A DNA stretch of 63,951 nucleotides, the filler included, from Kipferlia bialata (taxonomy: Eukaryota), in assembly GCA_003568945.1 (NCBI GenBank). It is 7 parts of 6 records of this genome, joined end to end, with 100 filler letters (N's around TTAATTAATTAA, not from the genome) between each part and the next. Parts side by side here need not be neighbours in the genome. Positions count along the whole stretch, not along the records: positions 34,613 to 47,154 come from BDIP01001072.1; positions 47,255 to 59,777 come from BDIP01001073.1; 5 more parts are not named here. One strand, given 5' to 3'. Shown here one piece after another: positions 40,570-53,100 of this stretch (positions are counted from its first letter, which is position 1; every line of letters starts with the position of its first letter). Position numbers and translations under genes: made by a program. The notes under the pieces are model-generated. The model was given only the letters and a program-made list of their open reading frames with translations. It was not told where the DNA came from and did not search any database.

Positions 40570-42183
40570 CTATATACTAAGTATCTAATAGCAGTGCATC
40601 ATGTACTATGACAGCCTGGGTGGCATGAGACCCGATGCAGTGTGCAATGTGGCCAGATACATACTGGACGACATACACGACAAGACACCGGAAATAGGTA
40701 AGAACTATATATATATATATATGTGTGTATATGATGATACTATATTCTATGTATATGTGGCCAGATACATACTGGACGACACACACGACAAGACACCAGA
40801 GATAGGTACAGGATTAACATGTATTTCCCATGCTCCCTCTCTCTCTCTCCCCTCACTTCCAGCCCTGTCGGACTGTATATCGGTATATCTCTCTATATAT
40901 GTGTATATATACTATATATATAGTGTATATGATCCCCCTCACCCCCAGGCCTTGACCTGTCAGACTGGGTTGGACTCGGCTACAAGGTGTGGTATTCTGC
41001 TGGACATATATTGTATATAGCTATCCAGATTGGTGGAGATTTATTATTGTTGCTGGTGCAAGGTATGGGAGAGGTGTAAATATATCTATGTGCTCTATAT
41101 GTATCCTAATATATATGTACTCTATATGTATCCTAACACCCCAGGTTGTGCAGCCCCTGCTGGACAAGTGCATTCACTCTAAATATGTATATATGTATAA
41201 TAACTAACGCATACACTGTATAGGTTCTTGTAGTATATATACTAACCCCAGGTTGTGCAGCCCCTGCTGGACATGTATCAGTCTTAATGTCTATGCTGTA
41301 TCTCTCTCTCTCTGCTTAATAAGCACCTATAAGCATTGCTTATGCCAGGTTGTGCAGCCCCTGCTGGACATGTGCCGGGGTCTGCCATACTCACACACCC
41401 TGGACATACCTAAGGTATATATATGACATAGATACTATATACAATATACTATATACTATATATACAAGTACACTATCGCTTTAGGTAGATATATGTATAT
41501 ATAATATATGATGCATATATGTGCCGGGGTCTGCCATACTCACACACGATGGACATACCAAAGGTATATATACATAGGATATATATACTATATATACAAG
41601 TACACTATAGCTTTACGTAGATATATGTAGATATATATATATGATGTATGTATGTGCCGGGGTCTGCCATACTCACACACCTTAGACATACCTAAGGTGA
41701 GTGTATATAGTACAAATACACAATAACTAGGAGTATAGGTGAGAGATGGGGGTTAGAGACAATAGATATCCCAATACTCAGGCCGCCCCCCCTCCCCCCA
41801 AGCCCCAGCCTGTGTACAGGGCACCGGTACCTGCCAGAAGACCAGTGCCCAAGGTATGTGTATGTGTATGTGTATGTATATAAGTACATACCCCAACCTA
41901 TCTCTCTATATTTATATGTATAATACATACATATGTATATGGCACCTGTACCTGCTAGGAGGCCAGTGCCTAGGGTATTTGCCTATCTCTCTCTATCTAA
42001 TAAGACCAGTGCCTAAGGTATGTGTATGTGTATATAAGTACATACCCCAACCTCTTTATATATGTGTTAATAATTAGTATATATATGGCTGCCAGGAGAT
42101 CAGTACCAAGGTACATATGTGTGTGTATCTCTCTCTACCTTTGTCTCTCTCACTATAGGAGGAGTCTGACGATGACTGCATCT

Positions 42184-42238
<55 letters not shown>

Positions 42239-42337
42239 AATCTCTATATCTCACCCCAGGAAGAGTCTGACGACGACTGCATCTCCTTTGACTGCTCCGA
42301 TGAGTATGGGGGGGAGGCAGAGGAGACAGACGACGAG
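34704..42337 (+). CDS. Ulp1/SENP (peptidase C48)-like protein with an AT-hook; many small exons, 5'-incomplete
   Basis: Spliced motifs DWLNDEVVN, CYSSFFYQSL...YAATRRWS, DVLCIPVNWNNTHWTCIVADF (catalytic His; Asp in VADF/YYDS region), CIMYYDSLGG; upstream KKRGRKPGS. The canonical QxNxxDCG motif was not found. Confidence 0.82.
34874..35540 (+). repeat. Array of 7 copies of acceptor plus exon 5' part (GCnnTGTATGAGTCCTCTGTsCAGTCCATGCTGA), period about 95-125 nt
   Basis: Copies at ~34875, 34970, 35064, 35191, 35291, 35393 and the intact exon at 35501, separated by AT-microsatellite spacers. Confidence 0.92.
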
Positions 42338-42564
42338 GTGGGGCAGTTATGTGTGTATCACTATATCTATAGATGTCCCCCCCCCCCCTCTCTCTCACTG
42401 TCCCGCCCCCTCCAACCTGGGCTCTCATGTAGTATATACCAGAATATATATATAATTATATATATACCCCCCCCCCCCCCCCCCCTCCCGTACTTGTTGT
42501 TTCCATATATGGTTCCCTGGCATAGTTTCTCTCTATGTGTCTGTCTCTCTCTCTTACCATCCAG

Positions 42565-43248
42565 ATGGTTCTCTCACTAGGAAAGTTCCCTGAGACCGAG
42601 AGCGTCAACCTCGAGAAGCTAGGTAACTCTCTCTGTCTGTCCTCTCTGTCTCCCTATATTGCCCTCCATATGTACATTATATACTTGGCACATACTGTGT
42701 ACTTCGCCTTGACCTCAATGGCTTGGTACTTTCTCTCTGTTCTATCTCTGTGTCTCTGTGTATATGCGGGTTCATACACTCTTTGTCCTCTGTACTGTAG
42801 TACTCCATTCTCTCCTCTCTCCCCTGTCTGCTTGCCGAAGGTATCTCTTCTGTCACCCATATATATATCTTACCCCAAGGCATGCCCCCCCCCCCTCTCT
42901 CTCCCCATCTCTATCCATCCACGCGTATATGTACTATAACTCATACACCTCCCTTCTGTCTCTCTCTAGACCCTTATTCTCAGGCAGCCGCAGGATGGAC
43001 TCCGCAGACAGGGGTGCCTTCAGAGGCGCCACAGTCGCAAGGTACCATACATGTATGTATGTATTTCTGTACATATTAAGAGGGAAGGGGGAAACAGTGA
43101 CATTATATAAGTGTCACCATTTCATTCATTTCTTTTCTTTTGTATGTGCCCTCAGTCTCTCTTACCCCCCCCCCCCCCCACGGGATGTCACCTTCACCCC
43201 ATTAATAATTTTCCCTCTCTTTCCCCATTTTCTGAGTGAATACATGAT

Positions 43249-43287
<39 letters not shown>

Positions 43288-43921
43288 GCCCCTTATTCCC
43301 AGGGATGCCATGGTCAAGGCACTCAAGGAGAGAGGAGCAGGTATGATATCTGAACATATTTATATGTATATCTATATATATTGTGTATAGGAGAAGGGCG
43401 TTTACGCAGGATATGGATAAGTGTATATGAAGGCAATCAAGGAGCAGGTATGATACATGTATGGATATATATATATATAGTGTAATGATTGCCCAATGAC
43501 GTACCATGTCATATATATATATATATATATATCTACACCCCTAATGTCAGACAAGGCCCTTGTTCACATCGAGCAGTACATCCCCCACCTGCTTGCCATC
43601 CAGGTACCTTATTCTAATGATTGCCACCTTATTCTAATGAGTTCCATATATACATTTGCATACGTATGTGGAATGAGGTACTCATATTATATAGAATGCA
43701 CTAATCCAATAGAACTGGGTGAAGGAGCACCGGTTCAGTGAATGTTCAGTTGCATAATAATATTACTATTTCATAGGTGTATAATTTACACTATTCTAAT
43801 GGGCGCTAGCACTAATCCAATAGAACTGGGTCAAGGAGCACCGCTTCAGTGAGGACAAGGACAAGAGCAGGCAGTACGGCACCATGCCCACATTCAAGTG
43901 GAAGTCATGCCTCAGGTATGG

Positions 43922-43959
<38 letters not shown>

Positions 43960-46292
43960 TGTACTTGTATGTATTCATTTAGACATCTTAAATACTATGT
44001 AGACTATATAACTATAGGCAGGCTAGTGAAAGTCATGTCTCAGGTACAGCTAATCTAATGATACTAATCTAATGAGTGTTGTTGCATATTCTATAGACCC
44101 TATTCTAATGACCTTATTCTAATGACTTCAGGTCCAAGAACAACTGGCACGGTGTGGCCACCCTCGAGTACGAGTACCTCATGGTGGTCTACGCCAAGGT
44201 ACTCCCCCCCCCCTCTCTCTTTACACCGATAGCTCTCTCTCTCCCTCTACACCCTTATATTCAGGCCATGTGTCTCATGGACTCCGCTGCTGACAAGATC
44301 AGGGTCATCGACAACGAGGCCAACGTGGGTATGTAGTAATTTCTCTCTCTCTCTAGAGAACACTATTAATGTAATTTTGTCTCCACCGTTGCTCTCTCTC
44401 TCTCTCTCTCTACACCCCTAATATGTAGGTGAGAACTACACCGTTGCCTCCAAGCAGCTCTGCCAGGCAGCTGGATTGTTCATGAAGGTCAAGGAGCTGT
44501 CCATCGAGCAGGTAATATAGTATATATGTATATGAATGTATATACATATATATATGTATGTATGTTGTATTTACATAAATATACATAATGAATTGTAGAT
44601 ATTATATTTTTATAGTTCTTGGACTGTTCATGAAGGTCAAGGAGCTCTCCATTGAGCAGGTATACACTACATAGTATATAGTATATATGTGAATTATTTA
44701 TATAGAGTTTCATATTGATTTATATGAGACTTGGTATACTGGACTGTTCATGAAGGTCAAGGAGCTCTCCATTGAGCAGGTATGCACTTTAGTATACAAT
44801 GTATATATATATGCTAATTGTATTATATATTCTAATGTCCAGGGTTCCATGGTTGCCGGCCACCCCCTCATCATCATATATATATATATATATATGATGT
44901 GTTGTTCTATATTCTAAAGAGTTCTCTACATACATGCATTTATATGTATACACATATAATTATTATTACTTTTTATTATATACAATTATTATGACTTTAT
45001 TATTATACATACTCCATTTACCCTCCAGGGCTCCATGGTTGCCGGCCACCCCCTCATCATGATACCCGTGGTGGCAGACTTCATGCTCAGGTACTGTATA
45101 TAGAGTATATCCACAACAGCGGTCCCCCCCACAGCCTCCCTCATCCTCACCCACCAGTCTCTCCATTCTCTCTCTCTCTCTCTCTCTCTCTTAGACCCTT
45201 AATGTCCAGCCTCTCCATTGCCTACGCCGAGCTCTGCAGAGTCGAGAACAACATCCGGTATGTGAATATGAGTATCCTGCTTCCCTTCTCTCTCTCCCCC
45301 CCCCCTCTACACCCTTATTCCCAGTGCCCTCCTTGAGATCAACGATGCCCCCAAGTCTCTCTCTCTCTCTCTCTCTCTCTCCTCGTCTACACCCTTATTC
45401 TCAGTGCCCTCCTTGAGATCAACGATGCCCCCAAGTCCCCCAAGATGAACCTCACACTCCCTAGGGTGTGCAAGGACATCCAGGTGTGTATTCACATAAA
45501 TACATACATATGCAAATTGTAAAATACAATTACATATATGTATCTATATATGTATTCTACTTTATATATATGTGTGCATATGGACCCAAGATGAACCTCA
45601 CCCTGCCTAGGTGTGCAAGGACATCCAGTTACTCTCTCTGTCTCTGTCTCTCTCTCTCTATTATTACTATTGATGTGTGTATAGTAGAGTTGAGAGTTAC
45701 TCTAACGACCAGAACAAGCTGCAGCAGGCTGCCTTCAGTGTGCAGGCAGTGGCCGCCCAGGACTGGCAGGTATGAATCTCTCTCTCTCTTACTCTTAGTC
45801 CATCAACCCTGCCATCCGTGACTCCCTCGACTACTTCTCTCTCCCTCTCTCTCTCTCTCTACACCCTTATCTGCAATAACATCAGTCCATCAACCCCGCT
45901 ATCCGTGACTCCCTAGACTACTTCAGCCAGGTGGCAGAGATCATCTCATGCTGCTTCCAGGGCAGGTATGTGCATGCATGAAGTAATTATACTTTGAATT
46001 AGGGTGTAAGCCACATACATACACTTAGTATATGTACTGTATATATATATTTCGTCCTCTCGCTTACCCTCCCAGGCACCACTACTCCCTTATAGTAGTA
46101 TATGTATATGTATATGTAGTATTCTAATGATCAGGCACCACTACTCCCTCAAGGAGACCATGGAGGGTGGAGAGGCACAGTGCGTGGGAAAGGCACTTGC
46201 CTACATGAGGTATGTATTGTATATATATATATATATATACAGAGAGAGAGGCACAGTGCGTGGGAAAGGCACTTGCCTACATGAGGTAGATA

Positions 46293-46330
<38 letters not shown>

Positions 46331-46858
46331 TGCGGAGGCAGGGCACTTGCATACATGAGGCATGTTATTTTCGCCCCTCTCTCCCTCTGTTTCCCTCTTT
46401 CTCTACACCCTATCTCTCTCGCACTACACCCTTAATGTCAGGAGGGCCAAGGAGGTCAGGGATGCCCTCAAGGCACCCAAGGGGACAGACAAGGTATGTA
46501 TATGTATAATTATGTATATGAATGTATATACATACCCAAGGGGACAGACAAGGTATATATATGTGTGTGTATATACATATATTCTCAGTCTGAGAGGCAA
46601 CAAGATCCCAACATTCATTAACGAGAGTATTGTATTCTTTATAGTGTATCTGTTTTATTTTGTGTTAATCTGGCACCTATCTAACCACCTAGATCCTTGC
46701 CAACCGTTACAATGACTTGTGGCCAGTCTATCTCTCTTTCTTTCTATGTGTGTATGCTATTCTCACAATAGATCCTCTACAAGCGCTACAACGACGTGTG
46801 GAGAGGCAACAAGAAGCAGGCGTCTCTGCTTGACGGGGAGCTGGCTGAGTACGTTCTC

Positions 46859-46893
<35 letters not shown>

Positions 46894-46996
46894 CCTCTAC
46901 ACCCTTTTCTCACCCCAGGTACGAGGAGAAGAACGGCAACATCTACCACCACCGTGTCCCATCCACCCAGAACATCACATTCCCCGCTCCATACAG
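42565..46996 (+). CDS. BRO1-domain (BROX-like) ESCRT-associated protein, 3'-incomplete
   Basis: Spliced peptide includes FPETESVNL, IEQYIPHLLAI, PTFKWKSCL, TLEYEYLMVV, ASKQLCQAAGLF, LSIAYAELC, CVGKALAYMR and YEEKNGNIYHHRVP, matching the BRO1 FxW, YE, AAGxF and NxxIYxxxVP signatures. Confidence 0.85.
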
Positions 46997-47115
46997 GTAT
47001 TTATACGACAAGATAGAGACAGTGTATCCTTTATATCAGGTGTACATAAAGCAATACCCCCTATCTGCCTTTAATAACGTGTATTTCCGCTTGCATTTGC
47101 GTTTGCCGCTCCATC

Positions 47116-47154
<39 letters not shown>

Positions 47155-47254
47155 NNNNNNNNNNNNNNNNNNNNNNNNNNNNNNNNNNNNNNNNNNNNTT
47201 AATTAATTAANNNNNNNNNNNNNNNNNNNNNNNNNNNNNNNNNNNNNNNNNNNN

Positions 47255-47303
<49 letters not shown>

Positions 47304-47916
47304 GAAGTATATACTATATAGACACTCGAGTGAGTCACTTCATAAGGCTTATACACTAATATTCAGTAGACACAGGTTGGAACATGCTTGGGAAACACGT
47401 GTGAGACGTGAATGCCAATGGGTAGTATACATATACGTATTTGCGCTAGCGTTACTACATAGTCACCCGTATTACGTCTTCTCGATATCTCCCCCCATCT
47501 CCCCCCAGTGTGTATCTATATAGTGCACATTATCTACCAGTATGAGACACACACGTAGAGCATAGTACCGTACAATGTACGTACAGTGTTCTGTTCACAT
47601 ATTTCTGCTCCTCTTCGGTCATATTGTCCCTCAGAAGGGGAACGAGACCACGCATATCCGGCCAATGGCTGCTACCTCACCACAGTGTAAAGTCCAGCAG
47701 AAGAGGGAACACAATACACACCACTACCCAGGTTGACCGGACCCCTAAGGCAAAAAGACCTGTTTTTGTCATCGAGATTCCATAGGGGTGCAGTCTCGAC
47801 TTGCTTCCAAAGTAAAGAGGTCTCTCTCTCGCATTCGACAGCTACCAGCCCACACATCATTGGAGGAGGTCTCCTATGGACTGTGTTCCAGATAGGAGAG
47901 GCATAATTGAGGGTGA

Positions 47917-47949
<33 letters not shown>

Positions 47950-48512
47950 GGACTGTGTTCCAGAGTCTGGAACACCTCTGGAATCTGGCCTCTCCAGTCT
48001 GGACCAGACAGGAGAGGCCTAATATGGGGTATAGGAAAAGAGGGAGGGAGAGAGAATCTCTAGCCCAGAGGGGTGTCTGTTTGAGTGTGCGTTTCTGAGT
48101 TGATAACATTGTAGGGTTGTATTGTATAGATCTGCTGCGGTTGATGTACTTACATCGATGATTGATATTCATCTTCAAATCTTTGTACGCGTGGGGGCCT
48201 TAGCTTCAACCAATACCAAATGGTTCAACCAATAGGCCGACGACGCCTCGTATCAAACTTGGTCAGTTAGCAGCGCGTCATTGATATACTGATTCCATAC
48301 CCAAAATGAGAGAATCGGATTCTTGCTCTTGTCTCCTTCTGGAAGTGCCGACACACACGTATACACTGTTTACTATACAGTGCCACAGTTTCGTCTCTTG
48401 GTTGCTTCACGCTCTCAAGAGAACAGTTCAGTTGGGGGGGAGTCTACAGCGCTAAGCAGCCATCTACTGGTACTTTTTCGGCTCCCACTTTCTTCTCCAC
48501 ACTTGTGACCGC

Positions 48513-49364
48513 ATGGCCCGTGGATTCAGTCTGTTCAGTGGAAAGAAGGTCCTAGCGCTTGATGTGGAGTGTGTTGCCAATGGAAAGGGGCACAACGACC
48601 GTGTTCCTTGCTGGGTGAGTCCAATTTTGGGACCTAAACTGTAAATATTCTTCTCTGACAACAGGTGGTGATTGTCAACGAGAAGGGCAGGGTACTACTC
48701 GACCTCAAGATCAAGGTTACTGACATGGTGTCGCCGCTCACCAGGTAAGAGTGTCTCTGAGAATTTATGTAAATCAGTCTCATCGTGAGATACGTGGTTC
48801 CAGCATTCACTAACCACTGTATACAAAAGTACTCTTGATGGCCTCAACGAAAGGTTTTCCGGTGTCACCGCTGCTATGCTGCGGAGCGCCCTTCCCCTCG
48901 ACACCGTGATGCGTAGGGTTCACAAGGTCCTCAATAGCCCAGCCATCACTCTTGTCGGCCAGAGCATTGAGAACGACATTGCCTGGCTCGGTCTGGAGAA
49001 GGGAGTGCATTACGGTGACAGCGAGGACATCGCCGAGCATTTCCGTACCTACAACGAGAAGTACAAGGACTACAACTACTTTTCCCTCGTACAGACGGCC
49101 TATGGGCTCCTCGGGACCTCCATCCAGTCCACTGCCCACTCTCCCATCGAAGACGCCAAGACAGCCATGCGGCTGTATGTGGAGTGGATCAAGACAGGAC
49201 GGGATGCTGAGGGAGGGGCCCGGTTGACCCGAATGCGCTACAAGAGGCAGTTCCCCCAGGAGACGATGCCCACGGATATCCACTGTGACGGGGTGTGCGG
49301 TGCCAAGTACCAGCAGGCCAGGTGCATATGTGGCCAGCCTTGTGTGGAGAGGAAGAGAGAGTAG
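48513..49364 (+). CDS. Rex4/ISG20-like DEDDh 3'-5' exonuclease with a Cys-rich C-terminus; 3 exons
   Basis: Exo I VLALDVECV, then LTRFSGVT, Exo II LVGQSIEND, Exo III HSPIEDAKTAMRLY. Introns at ~48615-48665 and ~48746-48852. Confidence 0.88.
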
Positions 49365-49704
49365 AGGGAGAGAGAGAGGGAGAGGAGCCCATCCACCCCT
49401 GTGCGCTCGACCCACTACCCCCGGGAGAGGGACTACCGTGATGAAGAGGAAGACTACGTGGTCAGCCAGCCCGAGGGGAGTGTCGCTGCGGACTGGTACT
49501 GAAAATAGTATAGTTGACGTATATGTACTGGGTCCAGCTCTCGGGGACTTTGGCACCTAGCTGTAAATAGAGTATACAGCCTGGAACTACTGTTGGCGAC
49601 TGTATTATCCGACTGTTAGTCATAACTTAGGACGAAAGTTAAGGAAATCTGATCTGTTCTATTACATAAGGAAAAATAGTACAAAGAGTGCCTTGATATA
49701 CACC

Positions 49705-50080
49705 TTACATGGAGACTGATGTGCTCTCTCTCTCCATCTCCCTAGAGACAATCTCCAGGAAGGCATCTTCGAGTCTAGGCACCCTCACAGTCCAGATAAC
49801 CCCCTTTGGAAGTGTAGACACATACGTGTACAGTGCCACAGGGTCATGTCCGTGGGAGAACGCAACCTCCACACTATACAGACCGTCACTCTGAGGTGAT
49901 ACTCTAACACTGTCCACTGCTACCCCTAGCTGTCTGATGTCTCTCTCTGTCTGGTAACCATCGGATACACCCTCTAGTACTAGTATAGTGGGTGTACTGC
50001 ACTGTTGGCGAAGGCCCCCAGGGGACCCGACTGTGACAACGGTGCCACGTACCTGACAGTTAGTTACATCGATGAATAGA

Positions 50081-50118
<38 letters not shown>

Positions 50119-53100
50119 TGTGACGACAGTGCCACGTACCTGATGTAAGTATATGAATGAACATAGCAATACAGTATGTATATGTCGAGTGAGAGATGGG
50201 GAGATAGACTCTATCTCAGATAGAGAGAACTTGAGCAAGTGGAAAGTATGAAGAGCACGGATATATACGCACCATAATAGCTGCGCTCTGGGCTAATGTC
50301 TCTGCCTCCCCCATGTCATGGGTGTTGAGCAGTAAGAATGTACAGTATGTACACAAATATTACGCACTACCTATATTACATATATATATACAGACTCACC
50401 ATGATTGCTGCTGAGTGTGCGACTGTCTCTGCCTCCCCCATGTCATGGGTGTTGAATATATCTATAGTGTACTATATAGTAATATACATAGTACATAGTA
50501 TACTAATGTATATTATATACACATACCATTATTGCAGCAGAATGGGCCAGTGTCTCTGCCTCCCCCATATCGTGTGTGTTGAGCAGCAGGGTGCTGTCTG
50601 TGTTGAGTATAGCACTCCACACCGATCTCTTGGTCAAAGGGTCAAGACCGGTGGTGGGTTCGTCTGTCAGAAGGACACCATGGGTACTAGTACCTGGTAT
50701 TGAAATATACCTATTAATGACATCACATATACATTAACATATATACATACAATGTAAGGAGAGGAGGACACCATGGGAACTGGTGCCTGGTATTAATATA
50801 TATATGTAAGTATACATAGAGCTACTTGAATAATGGATGATATCCCATGAGTAGGACACCATGGGAACTGGTGCCTGGTATTAATACATGTATATCATTA
50901 TATATAGAGATACTTGTATAGTGGGCTCGTCAGTCAGAAGGACACCATGGGTACTGGTACCTGGTATGAGTATATATATATGAGAATGTGTCAGAGCTAC
51001 TTGGATGATGGATGGTGGGCTCATCAGTGAGTAGTACCCCGTTGCGACTGGTACCTAATGGGTTAGTATCAGTAGCAAAGATAATGAGTACGAGGATCAT
51101 TACATGAACCAAGTTCACTGTATAAAAATGTATGGTAGTTATACCTAGAATAGCCATGCAGAGAGACAGCCTCCGCCTCATCCCACCGGAGAGCTCCCCA
51201 GACCGCTTGTATCTGTGTGTAGTGAGCATGGTTAAGGAGAGCAGACCCTCAACAACCTCTGTTAATGTCACACCAGGGCTAGTCTGCAGACCCCTGATCC
51301 TAGCTATCGTGTAGAGATGCTGCTCTACAGTGAGGAAGGGCCAGACACAGTCATGTTGGGGCATGATGCTGATGTGTTGCCATGCATCCCTTGGGTGCTG
51401 GGTGAGGTCTGTGCCGGTGCTGAGGAGGGCAGTGCCAGCAAGGGCAGACAGGTGGCCTATAAGTAAGTATACTTAGTATAAACATGTAACTATACTAGTA
51501 TACTTAATAGTTCGTTTAGTATAGTATAGTATACGTGCTGAGGAGGGCAGCGCCAGCATGGGCAGAGAGGTGGCCTGGGTGTTAGTGTATTGTAATTACT
51601 ACCAGAGTAGCTCAGTATAGTGTAGTGTTGTGAATACAATAGTGCTGTACTATAACAGCCCAATACGTGGGTGCCTGCATGGGCAGAGAGGTGCCCTATA
51701 AGCGAGATATGATACAGGGTGTAGGTGCCCTGGGATTTGGTATCACAATAGAAACTAGAGGAGATGCACAAATATCAAAGAGTGAGAACAAGAACGAGAC
51801 CATGTAAAACCGAGACAGAAAGAGACTGACTGTCTCTGACATCTTACCTGTAACGACGTTGGCCAGGGTAGTCTTGCCTGGAGTTAGTGAGCTCAGACGA
51901 GTGTCACACATGAGATAGATAGATGGAGTCAGCATGCGCACAGAGAGTGTCATTATCATTAACAAATAATGCAACGAACATATTGGATATATAGTCCTCA
52001 AGCCGCTATCGGTTACGAAAGAGAGAGGGAGAGAAGATGCCATACCTGAACCAGAAGCCCCAAGGAGAGCCACCGTCTCCTTATCTCTGACACCAAGGTT
52101 GACTCCATTAAGGGCCCTGGTGCCCTTGGGGTATTGGTACTCTATACCCTTTACATCAAGAGCCAGACGCTCCTCATGACAACAAGGCTCTAGAACCTCC
52201 CCTTGTTGCATCTCTCTCTCTCTCCCCTTGGTGACCTTAACTCTAGGAAGCAGATAGAACGACAACCCAAGACAGACGGCAGAGGCGAAGAGAGACACTA
52301 GGTTCATGCTTAGGGTGTCGGAGAGCATCTTAGTGGCATCAGTGGTAGTAAAGGCCAGTCTCATATCAATAATGAAGGCGAGTATGGGTGCAACGCCCAG
52401 GGGTGGGATGGCCTCAATGTAGAACCCGATAGAAAAGAATATAAGTGTAAAGACGCTGGTGGCGATAGACGCCGCCTTCACACTGTCTGCAACGGTGCCA
52501 ACGAGGAAACTGAAGGAGACGACAGCAGCAACACCGACACCAAACGTGACTGCAAACATCGTGAGTGAGTCGGAGCCGTGCTCAAAGCCTGGTAGCCCCA
52601 GCGTGTATCCTGCGGCTATTGCAACCACAGCAGCCACTAGTGCGACACATACCCACCATAGTAGGGACACCACGTGAGAGAGTGTCCGCCCCACCCCGTG
52701 GTAGGATAGGAGTGGGGCCTGCTCTGCGGCGGATATGATGTGGATAGCTGGGAAGGGCACTAGCAGAAGCAGGGCCAGGGGCACAATGAAGACTGTCACT
52801 ACCTTCATTAGGCTGTAACTGCCTGTCTCAAGGGTTGGGTCGAGCATGTAAGGGTAGGACGACACTGACACGGAGAGAGAGAAGTCCATCCCGGTGCCTG
52901 GGTACTTGGTATTAACCAAGGAGCGCAGCCAGGCTTCATCAAGTCTTGCAACTAAGTCACTCGCTATACCTGATAGCGTTGGTCTAGGTGACGATGGTAG
53001 TCTGAGCAACACCTCACTGTCCTTCCCATCCTCTACCACCATTCCGGTTGGTATACGAACACGGCTGCTAAAAGAAGGAGGGTTGGTGGTACGACCCGTC

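Noticed and set aside
47672..48240. Possible mobile element or gene, with a 10-bp hairpin at 47955-47975 and a duplicated TTCAACCAATA at 48205 and 48224
   Set aside because: No transposase or RT motif, terminal repeats or target-site duplication; may be a terminal exon/UTR plus promoter, but this cannot be supported.
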